Assembly (NCBI GenBank): GCA_026770705.1
Contig: JANJGN010000022.1
Location: 5,146,001 to 5,210,000, forward strand
DNA: 64,000 bases
DNA from: Isurus oxyrinchus
Lineage: Eukaryota
Reading direction: 5' to 3'
The position numbers and the translations under genes are program-made. Below are positions 11,713-23,690 of the stretch, in pieces. Numbering within the stretch: position 1 is the stretch's first letter; every line of letters starts with the position of its first letter. The notes below the pieces were generated by a model. That model was not told where the DNA came from. It was given only the letters and a program-made list of their open reading frames with translations, and made no database searches.

Positions 11713-14700
11713 AACGTTTCAGCTCGATAACATTTCAGCTCGATAACGTTTCAGCTCGATAACATTTCAGCTCGATAACGTTTCAGCTCGACACTGTTTC
11801 AGCTCGATAACATTTCAGCTCGATAACGATTCAGCTCGACACTGTTTCAGCTCGATAACGTTTCAGCTCGACACTGTTTCAGCTCGACACTGTTTCAGCT
11901 CGATAACGTTTCAGCTCGACACTTTCAGCTCGATAACGTTTCAGCTCGATAACGTTTCAGCTCAATAACGTTTCAGCTCGATAACGTTTCAGCTCGATAA
12001 CGTTTCAGCTCGACACTGTTTCAGCTCGACACTGTTTCAGCTCGACACTGTTTCAGCTCGATAACGTTTCAGCTCGACGCTGTTTCGGCTCGAGACTGTT
12101 TCGGCTCGAGACTGTTTCGGCTCGATAACGTTTCGGCTCGATAACGTTTCGGCTCGACAACGTTTCAGCTCGATAACGTTTCAGCTCGACACTGTTTCAG
12201 CTCGATAACGTTTCAGCTCGACACTGTTTCAGCTCGATAACGTTTCAGCTCGACACTGTTTCAGCTCGATAACGTTTCAGCTCGATAACGTTTCAGCTCG
12301 ACACTGTTTCAGCTCGACACTGTTTCAGCTCGATAACGTTTCAGCTCGACGCTGTTTCGGCTCGAGACTGTTTCGGCTCGATAACGTTTCGGCTCGATAA
12401 CGTTTCGGCTCGATAACGTTTCGGCTCGATAACGTTTCGGCTCGATAACGTTTCGGCTCGATAACGTTTCGGCTCGACACTGTTTCGGCTCGACACTGTT
12501 TCGGCTCGACACTGTTTCAGCTCGACACTGTTTCAGCTCGACAACGTTTCAGCTCGACAACGTTTCAGCTCGACACTGTTTCAGCTCGACACTGTTTCAG
12601 CTCGATAACGTTTCAGCTCGACGCTGTTTCAGCTCGAGGCTGTTTCGGCTCGAGGCTGTTTCGGCTCGAGGCTGTTTCGGCTCGAGACTGTTTCAGCTCG
12701 ATAACGTTTCGGCTCGTTAACGTTTCGGCTCGATAACGTTTCAGCTCGATAACGTTTCAGCTCGACACTGTTTCAGCTCGACACTGTTTCAGCTCGACAC
12801 TGTTTCAGCTCGATAACGTTTCAGCTCGACACTGTTTCAGCTCGATAACGTTTCAGCTCGATAACGTTTCAGCTCGATAACGTTTCAGCTCGATAACGTT
12901 TCAGCTCGATAACGTTTCAGCTCGATAACGTTTCAGCTCGATAACGTTTCAGCTCGGCACTGTTTCAGCTCGATAACGTTTCAGCTCGATAACGTTTCAG
13001 CTCGACACTGTTTCAGCTCGACACTGTTTCGGCTCGATAACGTTTCGGCTCGATAACGTTTCGGCTCGATAACGTTTCGGCTCGACACTGTTTCGGCTCG
13101 ACACTGTTTCGGCTCGACACTGTTTCGGCTCGATAACGTTTCAGCTCGATAACGTTTCAGCTCGATAACGTTTCGGCTCGACACTGTTTCGGCTCGAGAC
13201 TGTTTCGGCTCGAGACTGTTTCGGCTCGATAACGTTTCGGCTCGATAACGTTTCGGCTCGATAACGTTTCGGCTCGATAACGTTTCGGCTCGATAACGTT
13301 TCGGCTCGATAACGTTTCGGCTCGATAACGTTTCGGCTCGACACTGTTTCGGCTCGACAACGTTTCGGCTCGATAACGTTTCGGCTCGATAACGTTTCAG
13401 CTCGATAACGTTTCAGCTCGACACTGTTTCAGCTCGATAACGTTTCAGCTCGATAACGTTTCAGCTCGACGCTGTTTCGGCTCGAGACTGTTTCGGCTCG
13501 ATAACGTTTCGGCTCGATAACGTTTCGGCTCGACACTGTTTCAGCTCGATAACGTTTCGGCTCGATAACGTTTCAGCTCGACACTGTTTCGGCTCGACGC
13601 TGTTTCGGCTCGAGACTGTTTCGGCTCGAGACTGTTTCGGCTCGAGACTGTTTCGGCTCGAGACTGTTTCGGCTCGATAACGTTTCGGCTCGATAACGTT
13701 TCGGCTCGACACTGTTTCGGCTCGATAACGTTTCGGCTCGATAACGTTTCGGCTCGACGCTGTTTCGGCTCGAGACTGTTTCGGCTCGAGACTGTTTCGG
13801 CTCGATAACGTTTCGGCTCGATAACGTTTCAGCTCGATAACGTTTCAGCTCGACACTGTTTCAGCTCGACACTGTTTCGGCTCGATAACGTTTCGGCTCG
13901 ATAACGTTTCAGCTCGACACTGTTTCAGCTCGACGCTGTTTCGGCTCGAGACTGTTTCGGCTCGAGACTGTTTCGGCTCGATAACGTTTCGGCTCGATAA
14001 CGTTTCGGCTCGATAACGTTTCGGCTCGATAACGTTTCGGCTCGATAACGTTTCGGCTCGATAACGTTTCAGCTCGACACCGTTTCAGCTCGACACTGTT
14101 TCAGTCGATAACGTTTCAGCTCGACACTGTTTCAGCTCGACACTGTTTCAGCTCGATAACGTTTCAGCTCGATAACGTTTCAGCTCGACACTGTTTCAGC
14201 TCGACACTGTTTCAGCTCGACACTGTTTCAGCTCGTCACTGTTTCAGCTCGATAACGTTTCAGCTCGACACTGTTTCAGCTCGACACTGTTTCAGCTCGA
14301 TAACGTTTCAGCTCCACACTGTTTCAGCTCGATAACGTTTCAGCTCGACACTGTTTCAGCTCGACACTGTTTCAGCTCGACACTGTTTCAGCTCGTCACT
14401 GTTTCAGCTCGATAACGTTTCAGCTCGACACTGTTTCAGCTCGATAACGTTTCAGCTCCACACTGTTTCAGCTCGATAACGTTTCAGCTCCACACTGTTT
14501 CAGCTCGATAACGTTTCGGCTCGACACCGTTTCGGCTCGACACCGTTTCGGCTCGACACCGTTTCGGCTCGACACCGTTTCGGCTCGACACCGTTTCGGC
14601 TCGACACCGTATCAGCTCGGTAACGTGTCAGCTCGGTAACGTGTCAGCTCGGTAACGTGTCAGCTCGGTAACGTGTCAGCTCGGTAACGTGTCAGCTCGG

Positions 14701-14790
14701 TAACGTGTCAGCTCGACGGCGTTTCAGCTCGGCACTGTTTCAGCTCGACAGTGTGTCAGCTCGGTAACGTGTCAGCTCGATAGTGTTTCT
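11712..14790. repeat. 16-bp minisatellite of about 190 units (GTTTC[A/G]GCTCGA + TAAC/CACT/GACT/CGCT)
   Basis: Directly visible head-to-tail array with a small set of unit variants. Confidence 0.99.
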
Positions 14791-15505
14791 AACCATCTCC
14801 CCTTGACATTCAATGGCATTACCATCGCTGAATCCCTCACTGTCAACATCCTCGGGGCTACCAGAAACTGAACTGGCACGGCCACATAAATACTGTGGCT
14901 ACAAGTGCCTCTCAGAGGCTGGGAATCGTGCCACGAGTAACTCATCTCCTGACTCCCCAAAGCCTGTTCAACATCTACAAGCCGCAAGTCAGGAGTGTGA
15001 TGGAATACCCTCCGCTTGCCTGGATGAGTGCAGCTCCCACAACACTTAAGAAGATTGACACCGTCCAGGACAAAGAATCCCATTTGATCAGGACCCCATC
15101 CACCACTTTAAACATTCACTCCCTCCACTGACGCACAGTGGCAGCAGTGTGTGCACCATCTACAAGATGCACTGCAGCAACTCACCAAGGCTCCTTCAGC
15201 AGCACTTTCCAAACCTACAACCTCTAGAAGGACAAGGGCAGCAGACACATGGGGAACACCATAACCTGGAAGTTCCCCTCCAAGTCACTCACCATCCTGA
15301 CTTGGAAATATATCGGCTGTTCCTTCAGTGTCGCTGGGTCAAAATCCTGGAACTCCCTCCCTAACAGCACTGTGGGTGTACCTACACCACATGGACTGCA
15401 GCAGTTCAAAAAGACAGCTCACCCACCACCTTCTCAAAGGGCAATTAGGGCTGGGCAATAAATGCTGGACTAGCCAGCGACACCTACACCCCATGAAAAA
15501 CAAAT
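14790..15505 (+). mobile_element. 5'-truncated CR1/L2-group LINE (ORF2 C-terminus and 3' UTR)
   Basis: Translation QRLGIVPRVTHLLTPQSLFNIYKPQVRSVMEYPPLAWMSAAPTTLKKIDTVQDK; tail gggcaataaatgctgg...ccatgaaaaac. Confidence 0.85.
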
Positions 15506-15514
15506 TAGAACCAT

Positions 15515-15630
15515 TAGAAAGACCATCAACCTGAAATCTTAACTCTGTTTCTCTCTCTGCCTGACCTGCTGAACACTTGCAGCAAATCTGATTTTATTCC
15601 AAATTTCCAGCATCCGCAATAGTTTGCTTT
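15515..15630. mobile_element. Right arm of the Penelope-derived-like element opened at 10385
   Basis: acctgaaatcttaactctgtttctctct...ctgacctgctgaacacttgcagca is the approximate reverse complement of 10385-10450. Confidence 0.65.
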
Positions 15631-16209
15631 CGGGGGAAAAAAGTCATTTTGTTGTCTTGTGAACATCACCCTTTTCAGGTTTCCATCACTCCTCAGTTGC
15701 TCCCTGACCCACAAGTGGAGTTGAGGGACAGGTAAACTGGAGTGTAATTGAATGGCTGGCTAGGCTCGAGGGGCTGAATGGCTTCATCCTGTTCCTGTAT
15801 TGCAGAGGAACTGCACGTGTCCTGAAAAAGCTGCATTTACTTACCCAACAGTGTGGTGTGCGGAGAGCAATTACAGGATTGGGTTACTGCAAAGCGGCTT
15901 CCTTAAGTGATTTAAAGTATTAGTCCTGGTGAATGCTGATAACAGAATTCCAGTGGAATTTTAATTTACACCGTCAATTAACAAAACTAATTTAAATTAA
16001 CATCTTTAGGAAGCTTCAGTGATCTTGTTGTAGCTGCGCAACATGCACGTGAACATGAACATCAGTCAACCCCCTCAGTGTCTGTTTTCATGACTCCATT
16101 AAAACAATTTCCTTCCTTTTTTGATTAATTTTTAGCAAAATGTTTGATTTGAAAAAGAAAAGGATGTTACAGGTTTTTAATGACATTTAACTTCTTTGTT
16201 CTTTTCGAC

Positions 16210-16530
16210 TCAAGCCGCACACCATGCCAAGGATATAACCAAAGCTGACTTCAGTACAATGCTGCAAGAGTGCTGCACTGTCTGAGGTGCTGAGCCTGTT
16301 CCGCTGTTTGAAGTGGACAATAAAGTTCCGGTGACGCTAATTTGCGAAAACCAGGGAGTTCCCTTCTGTGATCGAGCCAAAACTCTTCCCTCCGCCAACA
16401 GCACTGAGAGCGAATTGACTGGCTGTTCATTCTATTACAGTGAGACTTTATTATGCGTAAAATATTTGTTGCATTCCCTTGCAGCTTTATTGCGTCGGGA
16501 GGCAGGTGGAACGTGCTATATAAATGGAAG
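16210..16530 (+). mobile_element. Degenerate Deu-domain SINE ending at the exon 7 acceptor
   Basis: gagtgctgcactgtctgaggtgct...; tail gctatataaatggaag. Confidence 0.55.
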
Positions 16531-16551
16531 CTCTTTTTTTTTCTCTTGCAG

Positions 16552-16785
16552 GTTCAGCTGTGCTCAATGACTTGGTTGCTCTAGAAGTAAAGCCGGGTAT
16601 ATTGCTGAGACTCACCACAGAAACGAGCCCTGAGCTCTTTGCTCAGGCTGTCAAGCTACATGATCCTGTGGGGACAGCAGGACATTTAGTTTCCATTGTG
16701 GTTGCAGATGGATTAAGAAACGCTCCTTTGGCGTTGCTGGCTAATCACGTGGAAACTGCTTTGGCAGCGATCGGAGGTTTAGAAG
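16552..16785 (+). CDS. NOV-like gene, exon 7
   Basis: long pyrimidine tract, ttgcag|GT...GAAG|gtgaga, phase 1-1; DLVALEVKPGILLRL...DPVGTAGHLVSIVV. Confidence 0.9.
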
Positions 16786-16924
16786 GTGAGATCGTTTTTG
16801 TTCGGAGTATTCAAGTTTAGGATTACGTTTCTCTGATAAGACATGTTCACTCTACACCAAGTGCTGCCAATGGCTCAGATTCTCTTGCCTTGATTAGGGG
16901 GTCAATGCCTTCATAGCCCTGTTT

Positions 16925-17200
16925 TTAAAATTAGGGGTCTCCCCCCTTTTAGGGCAGAGAGGAGGAGAAATTTTTTCTGTGTGCTGTGCGCCTTCAGAAC
17001 TCTCTACCACAGAAGGCGGTGGAGATGGGGGGTCACTGAATATGCTTAAGGTGGAGGTAGATAGATTGTTGTTAGGCAAGGGAAACAAAGGTTATTGGGG
17101 TTAGATGGGAATGTGGAAATCGAACCACAAGCAGATCAGCCACGATCTTATTGAACAGGCTCGATGGGCCGAGTGGCCTACTCCTCCTGTTTTGCACGTT
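16925..17200 (+). mobile_element. CR1 LINE 3' end
   Basis: agatcagccacgatcttattgaa...gggccgagtggcctactcctcctg, a typical CR1 3' tail. Confidence 0.7.
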
Positions 17201-17639
17201 CTTGTAATTGGCTCACAAAAGTAAGTGTTCTCGGTTGCCATGTGGAGATGATTGCGCTGGGAAAGAAAGATATCAAATCTGAAAGTGACGTTAAAAAAAA
17301 AAATTCTTTAAAACTGTGATTTACCTGCATAAAGTCCCAAGCTCAGGTGTTCTGGAGTTATAGAAGCCAGACACAATGTGGGTTGACTGCCTCTCATCAG
17401 CTTCTCTTTATGGAGCTGCTAACAAAAGTGCAGGTTATTTTTTTGTGTCTCCCTTGAGTGAAAAGTAATGATCTGGAAATAATCTGTTGTGCAAGTCCAG
17501 AGTAAAATGGTGGAACAGACTAGCCTGGAAAACAAGGTTGGGGCCTTTTTCCATCTTAATGGACTGAATACCAGTAAGTCAAAACCTCGGCTGAGTCAAA
17601 GAAATTCTATTTAAATGAGTAGCAGGGGCATGACTCACA

Positions 17640-17825
17640 ATCTCTTCTAGTATTCAAGATGAAGTGAATAATGGCAGAGGTGGGTAGATTCTTGGTAAGC
17701 AAAGGAGGGCAGCAGGTGGGAGGCAGATTTGAAGTTACTATCACATCAGCCGTGATCTCATTGAATGGCGGAGCAGGCTCGAGGGGCCGAATGGCCTCCT
17801 CGTGCTCCTTGTTCGTATGTAAGCA
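17640..17825 (+). mobile_element. CR1 LINE 3' end
   Basis: atcagccgtgatctcattgaatggcggagcaggctcgaggggccgaatggcctcctc. Confidence 0.75.
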
Positions 17826-18314
17826 TGACCTCGAACATACACACTTCTCTAGGTTTGGACTCTCTAAGTGCCTGACGCTTTCGCACCACTGCAAGACCAT
17901 GTGTGTGTGTGTTCGTGGGATCGAATAACTCCAGTTGGTTGTGAAGAAAATGGCGGATGTAATCTATATAAAAAAAAATGTTAAAGTTTTTTAAAAACTC
18001 TTGGTCTATGTGCATTGCTGTCAGGTTAGGCATCTGTTGTCCATTCCTGTTTGAGGGTTTCACCCAGATTGCTAGGCCACTTCAGAGGGCAGTTAGGAGT
18101 CAAACGTGTTAGCGCAGGACCCGGTGTTTCATATAAACCAGCCTGTGGAAGGACAGTGGATTCCCACCTCCGAGGGATATCAGTGTATCAGTTGGGTTTT
18201 TGATAATCTAGTAGCTTTTACTGGTACTGCCTCTCTTTTTTTTATTTGCAGATTAAATTCAAAATTTCAAGCTGCCACCTGAACTCAAGTGGCTGAAGTT
18301 TTCACAGTGGCGGG

Positions 18315-18486
18315 AGTGGAGTTTGGGGGGGTGGTTGGAGTTTGGGTGGGGCGGGGGGTTTGGAGTTTGGGTGGGGGGGCGGTGTTTGGAGTTTGGGTGG
18401 GGGGGGGTGTTTGGAGTTTGGGTGGGGGGTGGTTGGGGAGGTTGGGGGGTGGGGAGTTTGGGGGTTGGAATTTGGGTGGGGGGGGA
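18315..18486. repeat. G-rich imperfect tandem repeat (GGAGTTTGGGTGGGGGG...)
   Basis: About 7 units of roughly 20-27 bp with long G runs. Confidence 0.9.
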
Positions 18487-18943
18487 TTTGTAATACAGCG
18501 GGGAGCCACGTCCGTACAGCTCCCCAGTGCATTCACGCTGTTGAGAGAGTCTCCCCGGGGCGGAGAGGAATGTGGGCTGGTCCCTGCTGCCAGGTAGCAG
18601 GCAGTCAATCTGCATATTTAATGTCCATTTGGAGCACTCACCAGCAGCAGAGTGACCCCCCACTCCCCCAAGGTGACCTTCCTGCAACATTCCAGGGGGC
18701 CATTGGAACCAGAGGCTCCCTACTCCAAATAAAAGGGGGGGGCCGCAGACACCCCTGCCCCAAATGCTGCCACTGGAGGGACCTGCTGCTTGGCCCCTTT
18801 AAACATTTTAATCATTTTGACCCCTCGCAGAGAGTGCCTCGTTTTCCTAGCCTAGAGAACAGAGGAGCAGCTTTACTCTCAGAATGTGATTCCTGCTAAT
18901 ATGTTTCTAATTTCCAACAAGTTGCGTTTTATCTTTTGCACAG

Positions 18944-19050
18944 CGAACATCTTGGTGACTGAAGGCATATCTTCGAGTCTATCCACCAGATTCATTCTTG
19001 ATTGTCTTATCCGGATTCCAGTGAGACTCTGCAAATCGCTTTTACAGAAG
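18944..19050 (+). CDS. NOV-like gene, exon 8
   Basis: gcacag|CG...AAG|gtagct, phase 1-0; RFILDCLIRIPVRLCKSLLQK. Confidence 0.85.
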
Positions 19051-20779
19051 GTAGCTGGTGTTCATGAACGTTGCATGGCTTGAGTTGTTTTGTGTACTGG
19101 CGTTAGCATGTCGCCAGTGTAAAATGGCCACAAATGATGCAGTAATTAACTTGTAAATAAATGGTTGTACACATCATGGACTTTCTGTTGGTGCAAACAG
19201 TGATGTTTCCAAAGCCAGATCTGCCAAAAATGTCAAAGGAACCAGCCCTTGTGAGTCTAAATAGTGAGCATGGCACACAGGGCATCCCTAATTTCTGCTC
19301 TCATCCAGTGTTCACACTGCGCAGTCCTGCAGCGAGACCAATTGGAGCACCTTTATTGCGATCCCATTGGCAATCAGGCTGAAGGAGTGAACCTAGTATC
19401 CTCTCCCCTGTACCTGCAAGTAGCATCCACACCCGTGAGGCTTCTTGTATAACCTTCAGAATGGCGTTTATCAATCACCTTTCCTGTAGTTGCTGCATTG
19501 GCTGGAGAGAAATTAGCGGGAATTCATCTGCTCAAAATACATAAGCTTCTCTCAATTGTGTATTTGCTTCATGATCTCTCCTGCCCTGTTGACTCTAAGC
19601 AAAACCAGTTTCATCCACATAACCTGTTTTCTGGTTTGCGTTTTGTGGATTCAGGTACACTAACCGTTGCTGTCAGTCACATTTAGGTAGCTGCATTGCT
19701 GTGTAGTATTCTGTTTCTACATTCCAACATGAGACAAGGGTCAGGATGGTCCGTATTGTGCATTAGAAATTCCAAACTTGGAGCCCCCGAGTCAAAAGAA
19801 GTTTTTTAAATATACATTTGAATTGTGACTCATTAATTAAAAGTTCACTTTTCATTAAGTAAAAAGGTGACAATGTAATCAAGTCATAAAGAGAAATCTG
19901 TACCTGTAGTAATTTGGTCGTCCTTCGATTTAGACCTGTGAAGCTGTGAAATGACAGCTCTCCCCTCTCTCTCTCCCCTGCCCCCCCATCAATATTTGAG
20001 ACCAGCCATGACATGGACACATATCAATGCATTATTGAGCGGAGACTCAGTTCAGCCCTGCTTCTCCTCATGTTGGTGGGGGAGAGGCTAAGGAGATAAT
20101 TACTGGGGGTGAATCTCCATCTGATGAACTTCAATTTATTTATTTCTCAAATTAAAGCAGTTGGATTAAAGGGTTATGTGGATTTTACAAGATCCTTCAT
20201 TCTAGATATTAGAGAGGAAATGGGGATTTAATATCTACTGTTTCAAAATTCTATAGTTTTAATTTCCACTCTTCTACTAAAAGTATACTTTAAGGTGCCT
20301 TGTGCACTGGTTGTACCTATTGTGGTTACAACAATCAAATTAGCTTCTATGCGATGTGCCAGTATGAGGTAGAGCAATGACATACAGGTAAGGAGCCAGC
20401 CTATCCCACACAATTGAGACATCTTTGGCTTTACAATATATACACTCCCCTCCTAACCCAAAACCAGGTGATCTCTTGGGAGTGGTGGAAAAACATAAAA
20501 CTCCAGGCCAGTGGAGCTGGGATTCGTTCTGAATCCCCTTGGATTAGGAGAAGGGCTGCGAGATCACTGTGATCTTGGTAATTTTACACTGTAACCACAG
20601 TTGTGTGCTCCCTCAGTCAGAAACAGCCCCAGCTGTTTCCTTATCCTGCACTATTTCTTATACACAGAATAATGTTGATTTGGAAGCGTGACATTCATTT
20701 TGGCAGCCGTAGCTTTATAAAAGGGAAGCAGAATTGAAAAGGCACTTTTTAAAATAATGGACACTTCTGTAAATTGCAG

Positions 20780-20980
20780 GTATTCCTAGAGCCATTCTCT
20801 AGAGTAATTGGACAATCTGAATCAAAAGAACTCCTGCTTCAAGCAGCAGCATCTTCCTCCAGGTATCTGAACCAACTACACGAACTGGGAATCCTCCTGG
20901 GGATCACAGAATGGACGAGGGACTATCAAACAAAACTGGATCCAGCAAAGCTTGTTCCCATTACCTCGATGACAAGAAAG
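20780..20980 (+). CDS. NOV-like gene, exon 9
   Basis: ttgcag|GTA...AAG|gtgagt, phase 0-0; VFLEPFSRVIG...LHELGILLGITEWTRDY. Confidence 0.9.
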
Positions 20981-21529
20981 GTGAGTCCTAGCTGCACAGG
21001 TCACTGCAACTCTGCTCCTGTTAAAGTAAAAACAAAGCGATAGAAATCAGTGGAGGGGGCTTGGCATCTGAAAGGAATTAATTCTGATTTAGAGGCCCAG
21101 AGTGCTTCATTTTTCAGATCTTCCTTTGATCCTGCTGTGCATTTTGACCGTTTTCTATTATTTATTTGATTTCCAGCAATTGTGGTTTTTCTCCTTTATC
21201 TCAGTCAGGAGACGTTTTTTAATGCAAACCTCTTGATTGAATCTGAAATCCATCCTCCTGTGAGAACAGATGGTCCGACAGATTCACCAAATACTTGGTT
21301 GAGCAGCGGACCCCCCCCCCCCCCCCCAAAATGACTGACGTGTTTTATTACTGGAGCTAAAACAAAGTTGCTGCTTTTACTGCTGATGAACCCGGAGTGG
21401 GACAGGCCTCGATATCTGCCACACTCATTGGGAACACACGTTGCAGGAAGGTGATTCAACAGACTTGTAAATTAGCCTGTACAAGGGGCTGCATGAGGCA
21501 GGTAGCACAAATTGGGAAACCGCCCCATC

Positions 21530-22328
21530 AGATCTGATTTTTCGCTCTGGGTGTTGGGGATGGGAGGTGTGCAGGGACAGGCTGGAGTCGAACCCACTGC
21601 CTGCCTGGCGGAGATCGGAGGCAGCCACCTAGGCTGCCAGGTGTCGAGGACGGCTGGTTAAAGGGTGTGTCTCAGTTGTCTAAAACTTCATCCCAGTTGT
21701 TTCCTTAAATTTTAGGCCCTCTAACCCTCACCCAACATACCCCATCACCTCCTAATCCTCCCCCTCGATGCCCTCATGACAATCCATGTCCCACCCGTCC
21801 CCATGACCTCCTATCTCCCAATTACTTAATCCCTAGATTTGTGTTTATAACCCAACATCAAAGACAGCTATTACTTTAATAATCTCTATGAGCTGTCATT
21901 CAAACTGTGGACTTAGGACCCGCCCCGTTAAGATAATTGTATGTTGTGGAAAGCAGCCAAGCATTAATAATGATAACCCTTGAGTAATGTCAACAAACGG
22001 CTATTGTAATTGCTAGAGCAGATTTTTTTTTTTTCAATTGTCATTTTTGAAGGGGTGGGGATTTAAATAACTTCACAGCTTGACAGGTCTTCAGACCTGA
22101 TCTGCCCTTTGCGAGTGTTAAACATCTGCTCTAAACATTTGTGACTCCCACAGTGCAGGCTAAGGCCTTTGCTGCAGTGAAATTGGAGTATGAACTCAGC
22201 ACAGAGTTCAAATGGTCCAGCGGGAAAAATGGCATCAGTTGGAAATGGGAGCAGATCTTGGAACCTTGGTCCCGTTCACCATTCTTAAAGGTCCGTGGAG
22301 TCTCCATGACCCTGCAAAAGTCCAGCCC
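21530..22328. mobile_element. Second copy of the TIR element family seen at 10451-11712
   Basis: Shared blocks (agataa..cagccaag..aatgtcaacaa; tgaactc..ttcaaatgg) and terminus ctgcaaaagtccagccc. Confidence 0.55.
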
Positions 22329-22613
22329 AAGGGGCTGGTTGCCTCCCATGGACCTGTGATGAATTCGGCAGTGAGATACTTAGCTAATTTTTCCATGAAA
22401 TGCATATTCCATACACTGAATTTATTGTATTATAGGCAGCTAACATTCTCAGCCAGCAGCACCAGTTTAAAATACTGCCTTGTGATCACACTGCGGTACG
22501 TTAAATTCTGTTTCAAACAAAATTACAAAAAGCGAGCAATTATAGAGGGACGTGGGTTTTCGTTTGAGAGAATGAAATGTTTATTCTAAATATAAGTGTA
22601 AATTGTGATCCAG

Positions 22614-22734
22614 ACTCTGGATTCCATCTCGCTGAGCAGCAGGTCCTCTCTTACGGGGCTGAGTGAAAATGGAGATTATGATGTGACCGAATCTGAGTCT
22701 AATTCCAAGTATGAAAGCGCATCAGCCAGTTCAG
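22614..22734 (+). CDS. NOV-like gene, exon 10 (Ser-rich linker)
   Basis: ccag|ACT...TCAG|gtaaga, phase 0-1; TLDSISLSSRSSLTGLSENGDYD. Confidence 0.8.
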
Positions 22735-22853
22735 GTAAGAAACATTTTAAAGCTACTTTCCTTCCTCCTCCTCCTGAAGGCTTCGTGCCAGGGTACACTC
22801 CATCAGCACCTGCAAGCCTCCCTCACCCCATCCAATTTTATGAAGCAGGCCCC

Positions 22854-22908
22854 AGCGTACTAGGCCCTAACCCCATCGAGCGTACTAGGCCCTAACCCCA
22901 TCGAGCGT
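22854..22908. repeat. Perfect 25-bp tandem duplication
   Basis: agcgtactaggccctaaccccatcg x2 plus agcgt. Confidence 0.95.
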
Positions 22909-23690
22909 CCACGCAAGCTTAGGTTTCTACCAGAAGTCACTGTATAAGCATCAGGAATGGGAATGCTACTAAAAAAAATAAATTCTGGGTAGGAAGGCAG
23001 CCTTTCAGATTTTTTTTTTTTTAATAACATGTGATACAAGTGGCCTTGCCCTGCCCATATCTTAATGACATCCTTCTCGTTCTTGGTGGTTATTCTCGGT
23101 TTATGGGCGTGACGGGGTGGGGCAGTAAAACGCGCTGAGCAGTTCAAAAGCCCATTGACTTCGGCGGGACTGTGAAATTCCACCAGCGTAAAATTCCACC
23201 CTGCGTATGAGCCGAGGATCCGTGGTGATACCATCTTTCCATGTTACACTGCTGCGAACATTGTCTCTCTTTTATAAACCCTAAATTGCTTTAGCTTACC
23301 CTGCCATCCAGAATAATGTAATATTTATTGCTGGCTCCTGCGGGTGGCAGTGGTACAGTTGGCTCACTGTTCCTGGGCTGGAGGGATGTGTTGTGTTGGG
23401 TTTCCTCCCTTGACCATTGCCCCTGGCTTCTAGCAGAAGGTTAGTCGATGGCAGGATTGGACCTGGGCTGTGATGGCCCGACAGGGAATGAGCCTGTTCA
23501 CTGTCCAGATTCGGGCTGTGGTGGTCCGAGCAGCTCCGTGGATTAGATCCAATAGGTCTAACACCACCATGTCTCAGAGCAATTCAGTACCTTTAGCAGA
23601 GGAGGCGGGGGTGAAAGGAAGCACCACTAAAGGGTATGAGGAAAGGAAATGCTGTAAATCCAAATTGAATTTGTGATTTCTTTATCTCAG

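Noticed and set aside
12309-13712. Repetitive ORFs (SSRNVIEPKRYRAETL)n
   Set aside because: They are a by-product of translating a 16-bp repeat, appear in all minus frames, and have no splice or start context.
11712-14790. CRISPR array (units begin GTTTC, with GAAAC on the opposite strand)
   Set aside because: There are no unique spacers, only a 4-nt slot with a few recurring variants; there are no cas genes, and the context is a eukaryotic intron.
18259-18899. Pro-rich and Gly-rich ORFs (also at 25386-26044)
   Set aside because: They are translations of G/C-run low-complexity repeats.
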